From sequence record DRR378314_1366: a stretch of DNA of 62,512 nt, one strand, 5' to 3'. The notes beneath the pieces are model-generated. The model was not told the DNA's origin. It did not search any database and saw only the letters and a list, made by a program, of their open reading frames with translations. Positions 19,420 to 29,157 of the stretch are shown here, one piece after another. The translations under genes and the position numbers were made by a program. Numbering within the stretch: position 1 is the first letter of the stretch; every line of letters begins with the position of its first letter.

Positions 19420-21000
19420 TTATAAACAGTCTATCTGTTCTATCTTTAAGCAGCACCCTAAAAATCCTGTGGTTGCCCTATGACAACTATTATCATCACT
19501 GGTGCTGTCGCCAATATCATATTGATATACATCGGCCCCATCTTCGTCCTGTACCCATATGGTAATGTCATAAGCCCCGTTTGGTGGCTGAATGGTCTTG
19601 ATGGAACCGCTTACATTACTTGTTTTCCATAAGCTTGGATTATCGTCCAGATTGACTTTTGTTATACCTCCTCCAGATCCTGGAAGTTCATTTTTATAGG
19701 AAATCGCAAATTGGAATGTACGGTTTGTATCATTTATAAAATCAACGGTTCTGTGAACCTCTCCTTCACTGGTGCAATTTTCTGCTTCATAATCTTCGGT
19801 ATAGCCCATTTTGGCTATGGTATTGTCCTTTAAAAACCGAACCGTATAGGAAATGGGTGCGCCCGGATTGTCTCTACTGTACACTGCATTCTCACCCTTA
19901 ATGATAGGAGACAAATCTCCAAAGTTTCTTGCGCTTACAGCTTCGGAAGCGACTTCGGCATTACCGCCTATAACTATGGTGGTGATGTTGGAAGTTGCCA
20001 AAATTTCTTTGCTTGTCAATTCAGACTCAACGGAAATGCTATTGGATTTACCTGCTGCATAATCCAAGGCAGCTTCCAATTCAGTACCAGTTGCTTGATA
20101 CGATGTTTCCAATCTAAACATTATAATCCGGCCATAGCTTACAGATTTAATGTATCCCGGAGGAGAACTGGAGCTAAACATTGATTCCACCTCTGAAGCG
20201 GGAACATCATCCCCAAAAACTGAAGAGGGGTTTGATGGTGTTTCCATGGAAACGGTATAAAATACCTGTTTGTACACCATATTGGCCACTTTGTTTACAG
20301 AAGTGCTTTCATAACTGAGCTGAGAACTAAAGTCTGTGGAGGCCCACTCTATATTTACACCAAGGTCCATACTAACTTGCTTGGAACTGTATGAGGTTTT
20401 GGAATCTGAATATGAACTGGCTTCATTGACATACCCATCTTGATAAGCGTTTGCATTCCACCATTCAAGGGCAATATCGATGCCCGCGTCTACTGAATTG
20501 AAATCAGGATTTTCCACAGTAAAGTTCCCATTTTCGCCTATTCCTGGTAGGTCAACTCTCAATGACAACGGAGCCCTGTCCGGTGCAACAGGCGTTGGTA
20601 GTCCGTTCCTCAGATCGGAATCAATTTTTACCAATGCTCCTGGCCATATAATTCCAGCGTTAGGTTTTAAAATAGCGATATCCTCGTAATTAGTTTTCAG
20701 GTTGTACGCTGTTGTAGTGCAATTAGTGGTTACATTATTTTCCTCAACAGGAGGAGATTCAACCGTTTCTCCCGGAGTACGTAGGCTATTGGAGCTCCCC
20801 GTATCTTGAACGCCCAAAAGCGTATCAGGGTCATAGGAAAGGTTGGCAACAACTTCGTTGATGTTCGTTTCGGTTTCTTCGTTGGTCGGATTGGGTTCGG
20901 GGCTAGAGCCTCCATCTTTACTGCAGGATACTTCCACTACCATTATTGTGATAAGTAGTACAATTGGTAACATCCGTAATCTTTTAACTGTTGTTTTCAT
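19420..21000 (-). CDS. Thiol-activated cytolysin family (CDC-like, CDCL) lipoprotein
   Basis: VSC lipobox; IIWPGALV, KQVFYTVS, YIKSVSYGRII, IGG, PGAPISYTVRFLKDN. Confidence 0.88.
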   Translation of the reverse strand: MKTTVKRLRMLPIVLLITIMVVEVSCSKDGGSSPEPNPTNEETETNINEVVANLSYDPDTLLGVQDTGSSNSLRTPGETVESPPVEENNVTTNCTTTAYNLKTNYEDIAILKPNAGIIWPGALVKIDSDLRNGLPTPVAPDRAPLSLRVDLPGIGENGNFTVENPDFNSVDAGIDIALEWWNANAYQDGYVNEASSYSDSKTSYSSKQVSMDLGVNIEWASTDFSSQLSYESTSVNKVANMVYKQVFYTVSMETPSNPSSVFGDDVPASEVESMFSSSSPPGYIKSVSYGRIIMFRLETSYQATGTELEAALDYAAGKSNSISVESELTSKEILATSNITTIVIGGNAEVASEAVSARNFGDLSPIIKGENAVYSRDNPGAPISYTVRFLKDNTIAKMGYTEDYEAENCTSEGEVHRTVDFINDTNRTFQFAISYKNELPGSGGGITKVNLDDNPSLWKTSNVSGSIKTIQPPNGAYDITIWVQDEDGADVYQYDIGDSTSDDNSCHRATTGFLGCCLKIEQIDCL

Positions 21001-21069
21001 AATTATTTGGTTTTTGAGGTTCAACAGGTTCGAAATTAGACCCATACACTCCTCAAACCTATTTTTGGG

Positions 21070-21232
21070 TATGGACAAAGTATGGACAGCCAATATGGAC
21101 GACACCCAAAAACCATATGGACAAGATGATTTTAAAACTTGTGTAGTATATCGATTAAATACAGTAAAATCAGTATGTGCGAAGTTTTTATTTACCTCAA
21201 TCCATCTAAAAAAACATGGATTTTATATGGAC
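21070..21232. promoter_or_regulatory. Five TATGGAC direct repeats in the divergent promoter region
   Basis: TATGGAC at 21070, 21081, 21094, 21116 and 21226. Confidence 0.6.
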
Positions 21233-21309
21233 AAGCTTTTTTCGAGAGGTAGAAACAGCCTTATTAAGGAAGAAATTTATCGGTATCTTGTCAAAACAAT
21301 CAACCTCTC

Positions 21310-23196
21310 ATGAAAACAATGCACCTCCTCTTCCTACTGATTTTTTGTTGTCCGATTTTTTCATTTTCCCAACTTCAAGGGCAAAATCGAATAGATAGCC
21401 TTAGCCTAGCACTTCAAAATCAATCTGACCATAAAGCGAATATCAGCACCCTTCGCGAACTTTTTAATATTCAACTGTACAATGAACCTTCTCAAGCCAA
21501 AGCACATGCCCTACAAATTTTGGAACTGGCCAAACAAAATGACTACTTGCAGGGAACTGCATTGGGGAACTATTGTCTTGGAAATTATTTTTACATAACC
21601 AATGTCAACGATTCTAGTGAGGTGTATTATCAAAAGGCACTTAAGGGAGCAACGGAGCTTTCGGACGTGTCTTTAAAGGCCAATGTGCTTTCTAACCTAG
21701 CTTCACTTGAAGATAGCAAAGGAAATTACGACGGTGCTATAAAACTTGGGGATTCTGTATCCGCCCTATATCTGTCAAACCATCAATATTTTAGATATGC
21801 CATTTCTTTGGGAAGCGTTGCCAACACCTATTTGAACAAAGGTGACTATGAAAATGCCGCAGATGGAACACTGGAGGCATTAAAGGCTTTGGACACCATC
21901 GACAAAGAGCCATTTAGAAAGGCAGATCTTTACCGACAATTGGGAAGAATCAACTACTTCCTAGGGAATTATACCAAGTCAATCCAAAATTTTGAGGAGG
22001 CTTTGGATGTTTATATATACACCGCAGACAATCTTTATCAAGCTTATACTTTGACGGATATTGGAAACTCCTACACGGAAATGAAAGACTATGAAAAAGC
22101 CCTGGAGTTCTATCGCCAAAGTGAAGATATCAGTGAAAAATTTGGTTTTACCGATAACACCGCCAATGCCCTGGCCAATATTGGTATGGTCTATACCAAG
22201 CTGGCCAAGTATGATCTTGCAATTTCAAATCTGCTAAAAAGTATAAAAATAAATAGAACCAACAACTCCCACTTCAATATAATAAGTGCTATGGGAGAAA
22301 TTGGCAATGCTTATGCATTAAAAGGCGATTTCAAAAATGCAGGGGATTACTTGAACAGGACAGTTGACCTTGCCGACTCCATACAATCCATGGACCAGTT
22401 GAAAATGGTGTTGGGCTATCGCTCAAAGGCCTATAAGTTGAACGGACAGTTCGAGGAAGCGTTGGAAGACCAACTTCGTTACCAAAAAATAAGCGATAGT
22501 CTTTTTACTGTTGAAAAAACCAAGCAGATTGAGGAGTTACAGACCATTTACGAAACCGAAAAAAAAGAAGCTGAAATCGCTTTGCAAGAAGAGGAAATCA
22601 ATACCTTGAATGCAAGAGCCAAAGTAGACAAGCTTACCAAAGGACTCTACGCAGGAGGCATGGCCTCTGCCCTAGCCCTTTCCGGATTGTTGGTGTTCGG
22701 TTACCGACAAAGAATAAAGAAAAACAAGATTGCGCGAGAAAAGCAAGAGGAAATCTACAAACAGGAGATAGCCCACAAGAGGAATGAACTCGCCAGTCAG
22801 ACCCTCCATTTAGTTCAGAAAAATACCTTTATCCAAGAGTTGATGGAGAACTTGGAGAACATCAAAAATTCCCCCGAAAAGTTTAAAATGGAGTTTAGGC
22901 GTATAGTAATGTTGCTCAAAAAAGAAAATGCCTCCGATAAGGATTGGGAAGTCTTTAAAACGTACTTTTCCGAGGTCCATAATGACTTTGACCAAAAGTT
23001 AAAAACCATTTATCCCGACATCTCCGAAAAGGAAATTCGCTTAGCGGCCTTTCTGCGTATGAATTTGACCACCAAAGAAATAGCCGCAACATTGAATGTG
23101 CTTCCAGACAGTATCCTAAAATCCAAATACCGATTGAAAAAGAAACTCGGCCTGCCAAAAGAAACCGACCTCAATGATTTTTTGAATGCTATTTAA
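21310..23196 (+). CDS. Membrane-anchored TPR sensor with C-terminal LuxR-type HTH regulator domain
   Basis: Signal peptide, multiple TPRs, TM helix, coiled coil, EIRLAAFLRMNLTTKEIAATLN..KYRLKKKL. Confidence 0.88.
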   Translation: MKTMHLLFLLIFCCPIFSFSQLQGQNRIDSLSLALQNQSDHKANISTLRELFNIQLYNEPSQAKAHALQILELAKQNDYLQGTALGNYCLGNYFYITNVNDSSEVYYQKALKGATELSDVSLKANVLSNLASLEDSKGNYDGAIKLGDSVSALYLSNHQYFRYAISLGSVANTYLNKGDYENAADGTLEALKALDTIDKEPFRKADLYRQLGRINYFLGNYTKSIQNFEEALDVYIYTADNLYQAYTLTDIGNSYTEMKDYEKALEFYRQSEDISEKFGFTDNTANALANIGMVYTKLAKYDLAISNLLKSIKINRTNNSHFNIISAMGEIGNAYALKGDFKNAGDYLNRTVDLADSIQSMDQLKMVLGYRSKAYKLNGQFEEALEDQLRYQKISDSLFTVEKTKQIEELQTIYETEKKEAEIALQEEEINTLNARAKVDKLTKGLYAGGMASALALSGLLVFGYRQRIKKNKIAREKQEEIYKQEIAHKRNELASQTLHLVQKNTFIQELMENLENIKNSPEKFKMEFRRIVMLLKKENASDKDWEVFKTYFSEVHNDFDQKLKTIYPDISEKEIRLAAFLRMNLTTKEIAATLNVLPDSILKSKYRLKKKLGLPKETDLNDFLNAI

Positions 23197-23259
23197 AATT
23201 TAATGTAACATTTTTGATGATTTTGAGTCCTATGGGTTCATCATCAAAAAACAATCAGA

Positions 23260-24180
23260 ATGCTAATCTCTAAAATGGCAAATACATACTTTGCCTTAAT
23301 TTTTATTTCCACCCTTTTTCTCGTTAGTTCATGTTCCGACGATAATTCGAGTGATAGTTTGGTAAACCATCAATATCTTTTAATTCCCGATAACCATTTT
23401 GAGCAAATGCTCATTGATCAAGGCGTGGATACCGATGGCACTGTTAATGGACAAATGTTGCGAGAAGATGCCGAAAAAATCAGTCGATTGGATTTAAATC
23501 TTGACAGTCACTTCGGTGATATAGAAGATTTGACCGGTATCGAAGGGTTCACAAATATTACTTTTCTGTCAGCGGTCGGTCAAAAGCTTGAAGACATCGA
23601 TTTAAGTTCCAATACAAAATTGGACACCTTGCATCTTCAAAACAATTATCTCACTACTATTGACTTAAGTAAGAACACCAATCTGATTTTAATTGAAGTA
23701 TTGGTAAACGAGCTGCATACAATTACTGGATTGCAACATGCAAGTCAACTTAAAAAGCTGAACGTATCCTATAATTACATTGAAGATTTTAGCATTATAA
23801 ATGAATCCATTGAACATTTGCTTATAAGCGATAACCTATTAACATTCTTCGATTCCACTGGAGCACCCCATCTAAAAAGTGTTTTGTTGACCACCAATCA
23901 ATTGAGCTCGGTGGATTTCAGTTCCAATCCATCCCTGGAAACCTTGGTGGTTTCAGATAACAATCTTGTAAATATCGACTTGAGCGCAAATATGGGCTTG
24001 ACCTATTTTTATGCCTCTTCCAATATGCTGACCAGTTTGGATGTGAGCCGGAATATAGAGCTCATAGATTTACGAGTGGATAGAAACCCAGATTTAAACT
24101 GTATTAAAATACAGGACGGACAGGAAATACCTTCGGTGTCCTTATCCGAATACCAAGAACTCAACGAGTTTTGCGAATAA
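23260..24180 (+). CDS. Leucine-rich-repeat lipoprotein
   Basis: SSC lipobox followed by SDD; IPDNHFE, DLTGIEGF, repeated LxxLxLxxNxLxxIDLS. Confidence 0.88.
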   Translation: MLISKMANTYFALIFISTLFLVSSCSDDNSSDSLVNHQYLLIPDNHFEQMLIDQGVDTDGTVNGQMLREDAEKISRLDLNLDSHFGDIEDLTGIEGFTNITFLSAVGQKLEDIDLSSNTKLDTLHLQNNYLTTIDLSKNTNLILIEVLVNELHTITGLQHASQLKKLNVSYNYIEDFSIINESIEHLLISDNLLTFFDSTGAPHLKSVLLTTNQLSSVDFSSNPSLETLVVSDNNLVNIDLSANMGLTYFYASSNMLTSLDVSRNIELIDLRVDRNPDLNCIKIQDGQEIPSVSLSEYQELNEFCE

Positions 24181-24274
24181 GCGTTCGGACAATAAAAACA
24201 CCGTAAACTATGTACTGGAACTTTTGCTTTTAAAGGATATTTCGACAAACTTAACACTTACAAAAGTCAACCCA

Positions 24275-24490
24275 TTGAAAACAACCACCACCCTGTTGTC
24301 TTTTTTGGTAATGCTCCTGATGAGCGAAAGTACCCCAGAAACCCCGACCAAAACAGAAAATTTCACTTCCAACGAGTATCAGGACTTGGTCGAATTGTTC
24401 AAAGATTGGCGAACATTTGAAAACCCTCCACTTTTGGATGGTGCTCTCGATAATACCATATAAGCCATTGAAAAACGAGGTCCGGCCTCA
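24275..24490 (+). pseudogene. Truncated N-terminal remnant resembling a DUF885 family protein
   Basis: YQDLVELFKDWRTFENPPLLDGA, then a stop at 24461-24463 with no continuation. Confidence 0.5.
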
Positions 24491-24677
24491 CAGAACTGAA
24501 CGTGCTTGAAGTAGTAAAAAAGAGAGGATTATCAATGTTGTCGAAGTCGTGAGCTTCACCGTAAAACATAACCTTAATTCTCTCTTTTGTACTTTCTGAT
24601 TAGATTATCAATTTAAAGAGAATCAAACTTAAAGCGTATAAAGCCGTTATTTCAACATTAAGGAGCACCGCGATGAT

Positions 24678-24737
24678 TGAGAAATCTCCTGTAACCATTC
24701 AGATTTCTCACCCTCTCTACGGTCGGTTCGAAATGAC
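24678..24737. repeat. Inverted REP-like doublet
   Basis: TGAGAAATCT (24678) / AGATTTCTCA (24701) ... TTCGAAATGAC. Confidence 0.6.
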
Positions 24738-24860
24738 GACGATTTTATTCCATTTAGGGAGGGTTACAAACAATGCAATAATTCATCGTCCCCTCCTCCC
24801 CTAAACTAAATTCCCTACTTTTAAGAAAACAAACTCATATAGGCAAGACCATTGGTGCAT

Positions 24861-25448
24861 ATGGATATGAAAGAGGGACTCATTACATCAATTTCCAAAT
24901 ACATTAGCTTAAGTTCCGAGGAAGCCCATTTAATCGAAACGTTTTGGACCAAGAAAGAACTCGATAAAGGGGATTATCTGTTAAGAAATGGGCAAACCTG
25001 CCGTACCGATAATTTTGTGGTGAACGGCGCATTAAAGGCTTTTTACATCAACCCAGAAACAGGAAAGGAAGAAATCCTATATTTAGCAATTGAAAATTGG
25101 TGGGCAACGGATATCGATAGTTTCCAAAAACAACAGCCTTCCGTCTACAACATTCAAGCCATTGAGGATACCTGCCTGCTACAAATAAGCCACGACTCTT
25201 TTCAAGAAATGCTAAGGAAGCTACCAAAACTTGAACGCTTTTTTAGAATCATCCTGGAAAATTATCTAGGGAGTTTACAGAAAAGAATCATCTTAAATAA
25301 AACGCTTGACGCTGAACAACGCTATTTGGAATTTTTGGAAAACTATCCCAAAATCGCCGAAAAAGTACCCAACTATCTCATTGCTTCGTATTTGGGCATT
25401 TCTGCTGAATTTTTAAGCAGAATTCGAAAAAAAATCGATGCATCTTGA
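24861..25448 (+). CDS. Crp/Fnr family transcriptional regulator
   Basis: cNMP-binding region and IASYLGISAEFLSRIR HTH; start 24861 or 24867. Confidence 0.92.
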   Translation: MDMKEGLITSISKYISLSSEEAHLIETFWTKKELDKGDYLLRNGQTCRTDNFVVNGALKAFYINPETGKEEILYLAIENWWATDIDSFQKQQPSVYNIQAIEDTCLLQISHDSFQEMLRKLPKLERFFRIILENYLGSLQKRIILNKTLDAEQRYLEFLENYPKIAEKVPNYLIASYLGISAEFLSRIRKKIDAS

Positions 25449-25513
25449 ACTAGGTCAATTTTTTTCACTTTCTGGATTCGGAATTTTGTCTCGTAATTAA
25501 AAAATTATGAATT

Positions 25514-26137
25514 ATGAACAAAGTATTGATCATCAACGCAAGTGTACGAAAGGAAAGATCGCACAGTAGAAAGCTAACACAACTATTTGAAGAAAATTGG
25601 AAAAAGAAAAATCCGAACGACCTTTTTACCCACCGAGAAGTAGGCCTGGAAACAATTCCGCCCATCAATGAAAAATGGATTGCAAGTGCATTCGTGAAAC
25701 CCAGTGAAAGAACACAAGAAAACCAATCAGGTGTTGCCCTTAGCGATGCATTGGTAAAAGAGTTTAAAGCACATGATATTTATGTTTTGGGTACGCCCAT
25801 GTACAACTGGTCCATTCCGAGCGGACTAAAGGCTTACATCGACCAACTTATGCGAATCAACGAAACCTGGAAATTCCGTTCAGGCAAACCAGACGGGGAT
25901 TATGTGGGTATTCTTGAAAACAAGAAAATGTTCATACTGTCCAGTCGTGGTGATACAGGTTATGGGGAAAACGAAAAAAATGAGCACATGAATTTCCAAA
26001 CAACCTACTTGAAGTTCGTTTTTGGAATTATGGGCATAAAAGACATTTCGATTATATCTCTGGACAATGAAGAGTTTGGTGGAGAATTATTTGAGAACTC
26101 TAAAAAGGAAATCTATCAAAGGATTGAACAGCTATAA
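25514..26137 (+). CDS. FMN-dependent NADH-azoreductase (AzoR/AcpD family)
   Basis: INASVR..RSHS and TPMYNWSIPSGLKAYID motifs. Confidence 0.9.
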   Translation: MNKVLIINASVRKERSHSRKLTQLFEENWKKKNPNDLFTHREVGLETIPPINEKWIASAFVKPSERTQENQSGVALSDALVKEFKAHDIYVLGTPMYNWSIPSGLKAYIDQLMRINETWKFRSGKPDGDYVGILENKKMFILSSRGDTGYGENEKNEHMNFQTTYLKFVFGIMGIKDISIISLDNEEFGGELFENSKKEIYQRIEQL

Positions 26138-26144
26138 AAACTGC

Positions 26145-26198
26145 TGCCGACAGCGGCCATAATTCATGTAACTGTTCTTCTTTACCTTTCGGTTGGCA
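26145..26198. mobile_element. Short degenerate attC-like site
   Basis: TGCCGAC (26145) nearly complementary to GTTGGCA (26192), just after the azoreductase stop. Confidence 0.3.
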
Positions 26199-26279
26199 AG
26201 AAATGACTCTTTTTAAGCTCCATTTTCTCTAGATGTAACAAATTTGCTTTTAAAGAGTCTACAAGGAAAACGAACATCA

Positions 26280-27023
26280 ATGAAATCAATCAAAATTCTA
26301 TCATTCCTTCTTGCACTACTAGTCATTAGCAATTGCAAAAACACTTCGGACGATACGGAACCCACAAGTTCCATCATTACTTTTAAAGAGGACACAACCC
26401 CATTTACAGCTCCACAAAAAGAAATGATTCGTGAAGTGGTCCTGGAATCGGAAAAAGAAATCCGAAGCTTATTGCCTACCCTTCCGGACAGCATAAACGT
26501 ATCCTTGGAAATTGTGGATTGGGACCTTGATCAGGTCGGAGGTGTTACCGGGCGCACCGAAACCAATTCACCTCCCGTGGTACTTATCCAAATATCAGAA
26601 AAGTTCCCAGGCGGTGTGACCCAAGCAACGCAAACAGCATTAAAGCATACCATTTTTCACGAATTTCACCATTTATCGCGTGGTTGGGCCATTCAGGACA
26701 ATGTTTATGGTCCGGGTATATCCGTTGCAGCCATAAATGAAGGCCTCGCCGTCGTGTTCTCCGAAGAATATACTGGTGAAAGCATGGAAGCCGATACTCC
26801 ACCAGAAGCAGCGATTGCAGAGCAATGGGTTGAGGAGATTAGGTCGTTGCCCATAAATGCCAACTATCAACATTGGATGTTCCAACACCCCGATGGCAGG
26901 CTGGCCGTAGGATACCGAACTGGAAACTATCTCATTCGAAAAGCTATGGCCAAATCCGGCAAAGATGTGCTTGAACTCAGCGAGCATACTCCCGATGAAA
27001 TCTATAAGATGGCGGGGTATTGA
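26280..27023 (+). CDS. DUF2268-like putative Zn-dependent protease lipoprotein
   Basis: HEFHH, EGLA and GY..G motifs; SNC lipobox. Confidence 0.8.
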   Translation: MKSIKILSFLLALLVISNCKNTSDDTEPTSSIITFKEDTTPFTAPQKEMIREVVLESEKEIRSLLPTLPDSINVSLEIVDWDLDQVGGVTGRTETNSPPVVLIQISEKFPGGVTQATQTALKHTIFHEFHHLSRGWAIQDNVYGPGISVAAINEGLAVVFSEEYTGESMEADTPPEAAIAEQWVEEIRSLPINANYQHWMFQHPDGRLAVGYRTGNYLIRKAMAKSGKDVLELSEHTPDEIYKMAGY

Positions 27024-27097
27024 ACCCGCTAAAGGTAAGTCTCATCTACAAGCTAGGCTTTGATAACACGCTGTCGTATCTTTGTAAAAAAGTAATT

Positions 27098-27123
27098 GGA
27101 TTCCTGCCTGCGCAGGAATGACA
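27098..27123. repeat. REP-like palindrome GGATTCCTGCCTGCGCAGGAATGACA
   Basis: Same family as 15954-15979 and 36103-36129. Confidence 0.75.
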
Positions 27124-27128
27124 GCTAT

Positions 27129-27536
27129 ATGGAAAAGGGTAAAAAAATAATCTTGTTCGATGGGGTTTGCAACCTATGCAACAGTTCGGTTCAATTTGTC
27201 ATTAAAAGGGACAAGAAAGATATATTCCGCTATGCGGCCCTGCAAAATGAGATCGGTGAGCAATTGGTTAAGCAACGTCAGATAGATACGAGTAAAGTGG
27301 ATTCCATCATCCTCATAGAACCAGGGGTGGCTTATTACACCAAATCTGATGCTGCCCTCGAAATTGCACAAGACTTGGGTGGGATATGGAAATTGTCCGC
27401 CATTTTTACATGGATTCCCACCTCCATCCGAAATAGCATTTATGACTTTGTAGCCAAAAACCGTTATAAATGGTTTGGCAAACAAGAGTCTTGTATGATT
27501 CCTACGCCGGAATTAAAGTCGAAGTTTTTGGGGTAG
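27129..27536 (+). CDS. DCC1-like thiol-disulfide oxidoreductase (DUF393)
   Basis: FDGVCNLC and NRYKWFG motifs. Confidence 0.92.
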   Translation: MEKGKKIILFDGVCNLCNSSVQFVIKRDKKDIFRYAALQNEIGEQLVKQRQIDTSKVDSIILIEPGVAYYTKSDAALEIAQDLGGIWKLSAIFTWIPTSIRNSIYDFVAKNRYKWFGKQESCMIPTPELKSKFLG

Positions 27537-27606
27537 TACTTCTCGGACTCCTGTCCTCTAAAGGCTGGCAATTTTACCCCAAGTGACCCATTTATAACTT
27601 ATCCCT

Positions 27607-27739
27607 TGTCAGTTCGAGTGTTTTCTATGAGCGAAGTGAAGGGAAAACGTATCGAGAACCCTCACATGGTGAATATTTACAACTTTTACCAAGAAAGACT
27701 TCTCGATACAATTTTCTTTGAAAATCACTCGAAGTGACA
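27607..27739. repeat. REPIN-like inverted doublet
   Basis: TGTCAGTTCGAGTG..GTATCGAGAA / TTCTCGATAC..CACTCGAAGTGACA. Confidence 0.75.
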
Positions 27740-27775
27740 TATTAGCTTTTCTAGTTATAAAGGATAAAGTCGTGA

Positions 27776-29101
27776 TTATTTAACATCATCATAATTGTCG
27801 TCCCACTCCTCTGGATGGGGGTCGCCCAATTTACCCACTGATTTTGCCACAACCATCGAGACAGTAGCGTCACCTGTAACATTTACCACGGTTCGGCACA
27901 TATCCAACGGTCTGTCCACGGCAAAGATCAAGGCTAGACCAATCGCCAATTTATCTGCAGGGAAACCAATGGACTCCAATACAATTACCAGCATCACCAT
28001 TCCTGCACCGGGCACCGCAGCCGAACCAATGGAGGCCAACAAAGCCGTCAACACAATGGTTAACTGATTACCTAAAGTAAGGTCAAAACCAAGGGCCTGT
28101 GAAATAAACACAGCTGCAACCCCCTGGTACAAGCTGGTGCCATCCATGTTAATGGTGGCTCCTACGGGCAACACAAAACTGGATACTTCTTTGTCCACCC
28201 CAATATGTTCCTCTACCCTTTCCATAGTCACGGGCAATGTAGCAGCACTGGAACTTGTAGAAAATGCGAGCAATTGTGCCGGACTTATTTCTTTTAAGAA
28301 CCAGAACGGGTTCTTTTTGGTAACAAGACCAACAATGGTTGCATAAAAGACAATCATTAACGCAAGTCCTAAAAGAACGACACCTGCATATTTAAGTAGC
28401 GCCAATAATAAATCAGGGTCACTGGATGAGACCACTACCCCCGCTAACAAAGCAAATACAGCATAGGGAGCAGTCAACATGATCAAGTCGACCATTTTCA
28501 GGACCACATAGTTTAGTGAATCAAAGAAATCTTTCAGTGGTTTTGCTCTTTTCTCTCCAATCAACAACATGGAAATACCCAAAAATATGGTAAAGAAGAT
28601 AACCTGAAGCATCAAAGCATTATCCGTCATTGCCGCCAAGGCATTGTCGGGCACCATATCTTCCAAAAATTGCAAGGGACCACTATCCTTTTGGCGGGAA
28701 GCCTCTTCCAGTTTGGAGGTAACCTCAGCGTCACCAGCATAGGTATCCGTAAGCTTGGTCACCGTTTCTTCGGAAATTCCGCTTCCTGGATTCATAATGT
28801 TCACCAAAACAAGTCCTATAGTGATGGCGACCACCGTGGTAACAATATATATCCCAATGGTCCGAAGACCAATATTTCTAAATTTTGAAATGTCCTTCAG
28901 GTCCGAAATCCCTTTGACCAAAGATGCTAAAATAAGCGGTATGGCAATAAGTTTGAGGAGTTTTACAAAAATGGTCCCTAAGGGCTGAATCCAATCATTT
29001 ACAAATTCCTTACCCCAACTAAGTTGGGTCATTGCAAATCCAAAAAGAATACCAAGTAGCATCCCGATGAGGATTTGCCAGTGCAATTCCAGTTTCTTCA
29101 T
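27776..29101 (-). CDS. Dicarboxylate/amino acid:cation symporter (GltP family)
   Basis: FSTSSSAATLP, GATINMDGT, DMCRTVVNVTGD. Confidence 0.95.
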   Translation of the reverse strand: MKKLELHWQILIGMLLGILFGFAMTQLSWGKEFVNDWIQPLGTIFVKLLKLIAIPLILASLVKGISDLKDISKFRNIGLRTIGIYIVTTVVAITIGLVLVNIMNPGSGISEETVTKLTDTYAGDAEVTSKLEEASRQKDSGPLQFLEDMVPDNALAAMTDNALMLQVIFFTIFLGISMLLIGEKRAKPLKDFFDSLNYVVLKMVDLIMLTAPYAVFALLAGVVVSSSDPDLLLALLKYAGVVLLGLALMIVFYATIVGLVTKKNPFWFLKEISPAQLLAFSTSSSAATLPVTMERVEEHIGVDKEVSSFVLPVGATINMDGTSLYQGVAAVFISQALGFDLTLGNQLTIVLTALLASIGSAAVPGAGMVMLVIVLESIGFPADKLAIGLALIFAVDRPLDMCRTVVNVTGDATVSMVVAKSVGKLGDPHPEEWDDNYDDVK

Positions 29102-29157
29102 AAAGTAAGATTATGGAGGAAAGATACTTTATTGATTGGAAACCTCCTAACGTAGGC

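Noticed and set aside
20843-21313. 156 aa plus-strand ORF across the CDCL start and promoter
   Set aside because: Antisense to the CDCL gene and runs through the operator repeats; no motif
27096-27128. N-terminal extension MDSCLRRNDSY on the DCC1-like ORF
   Set aside because: It is the translation of the REP palindrome; the likely start is ATG 27129
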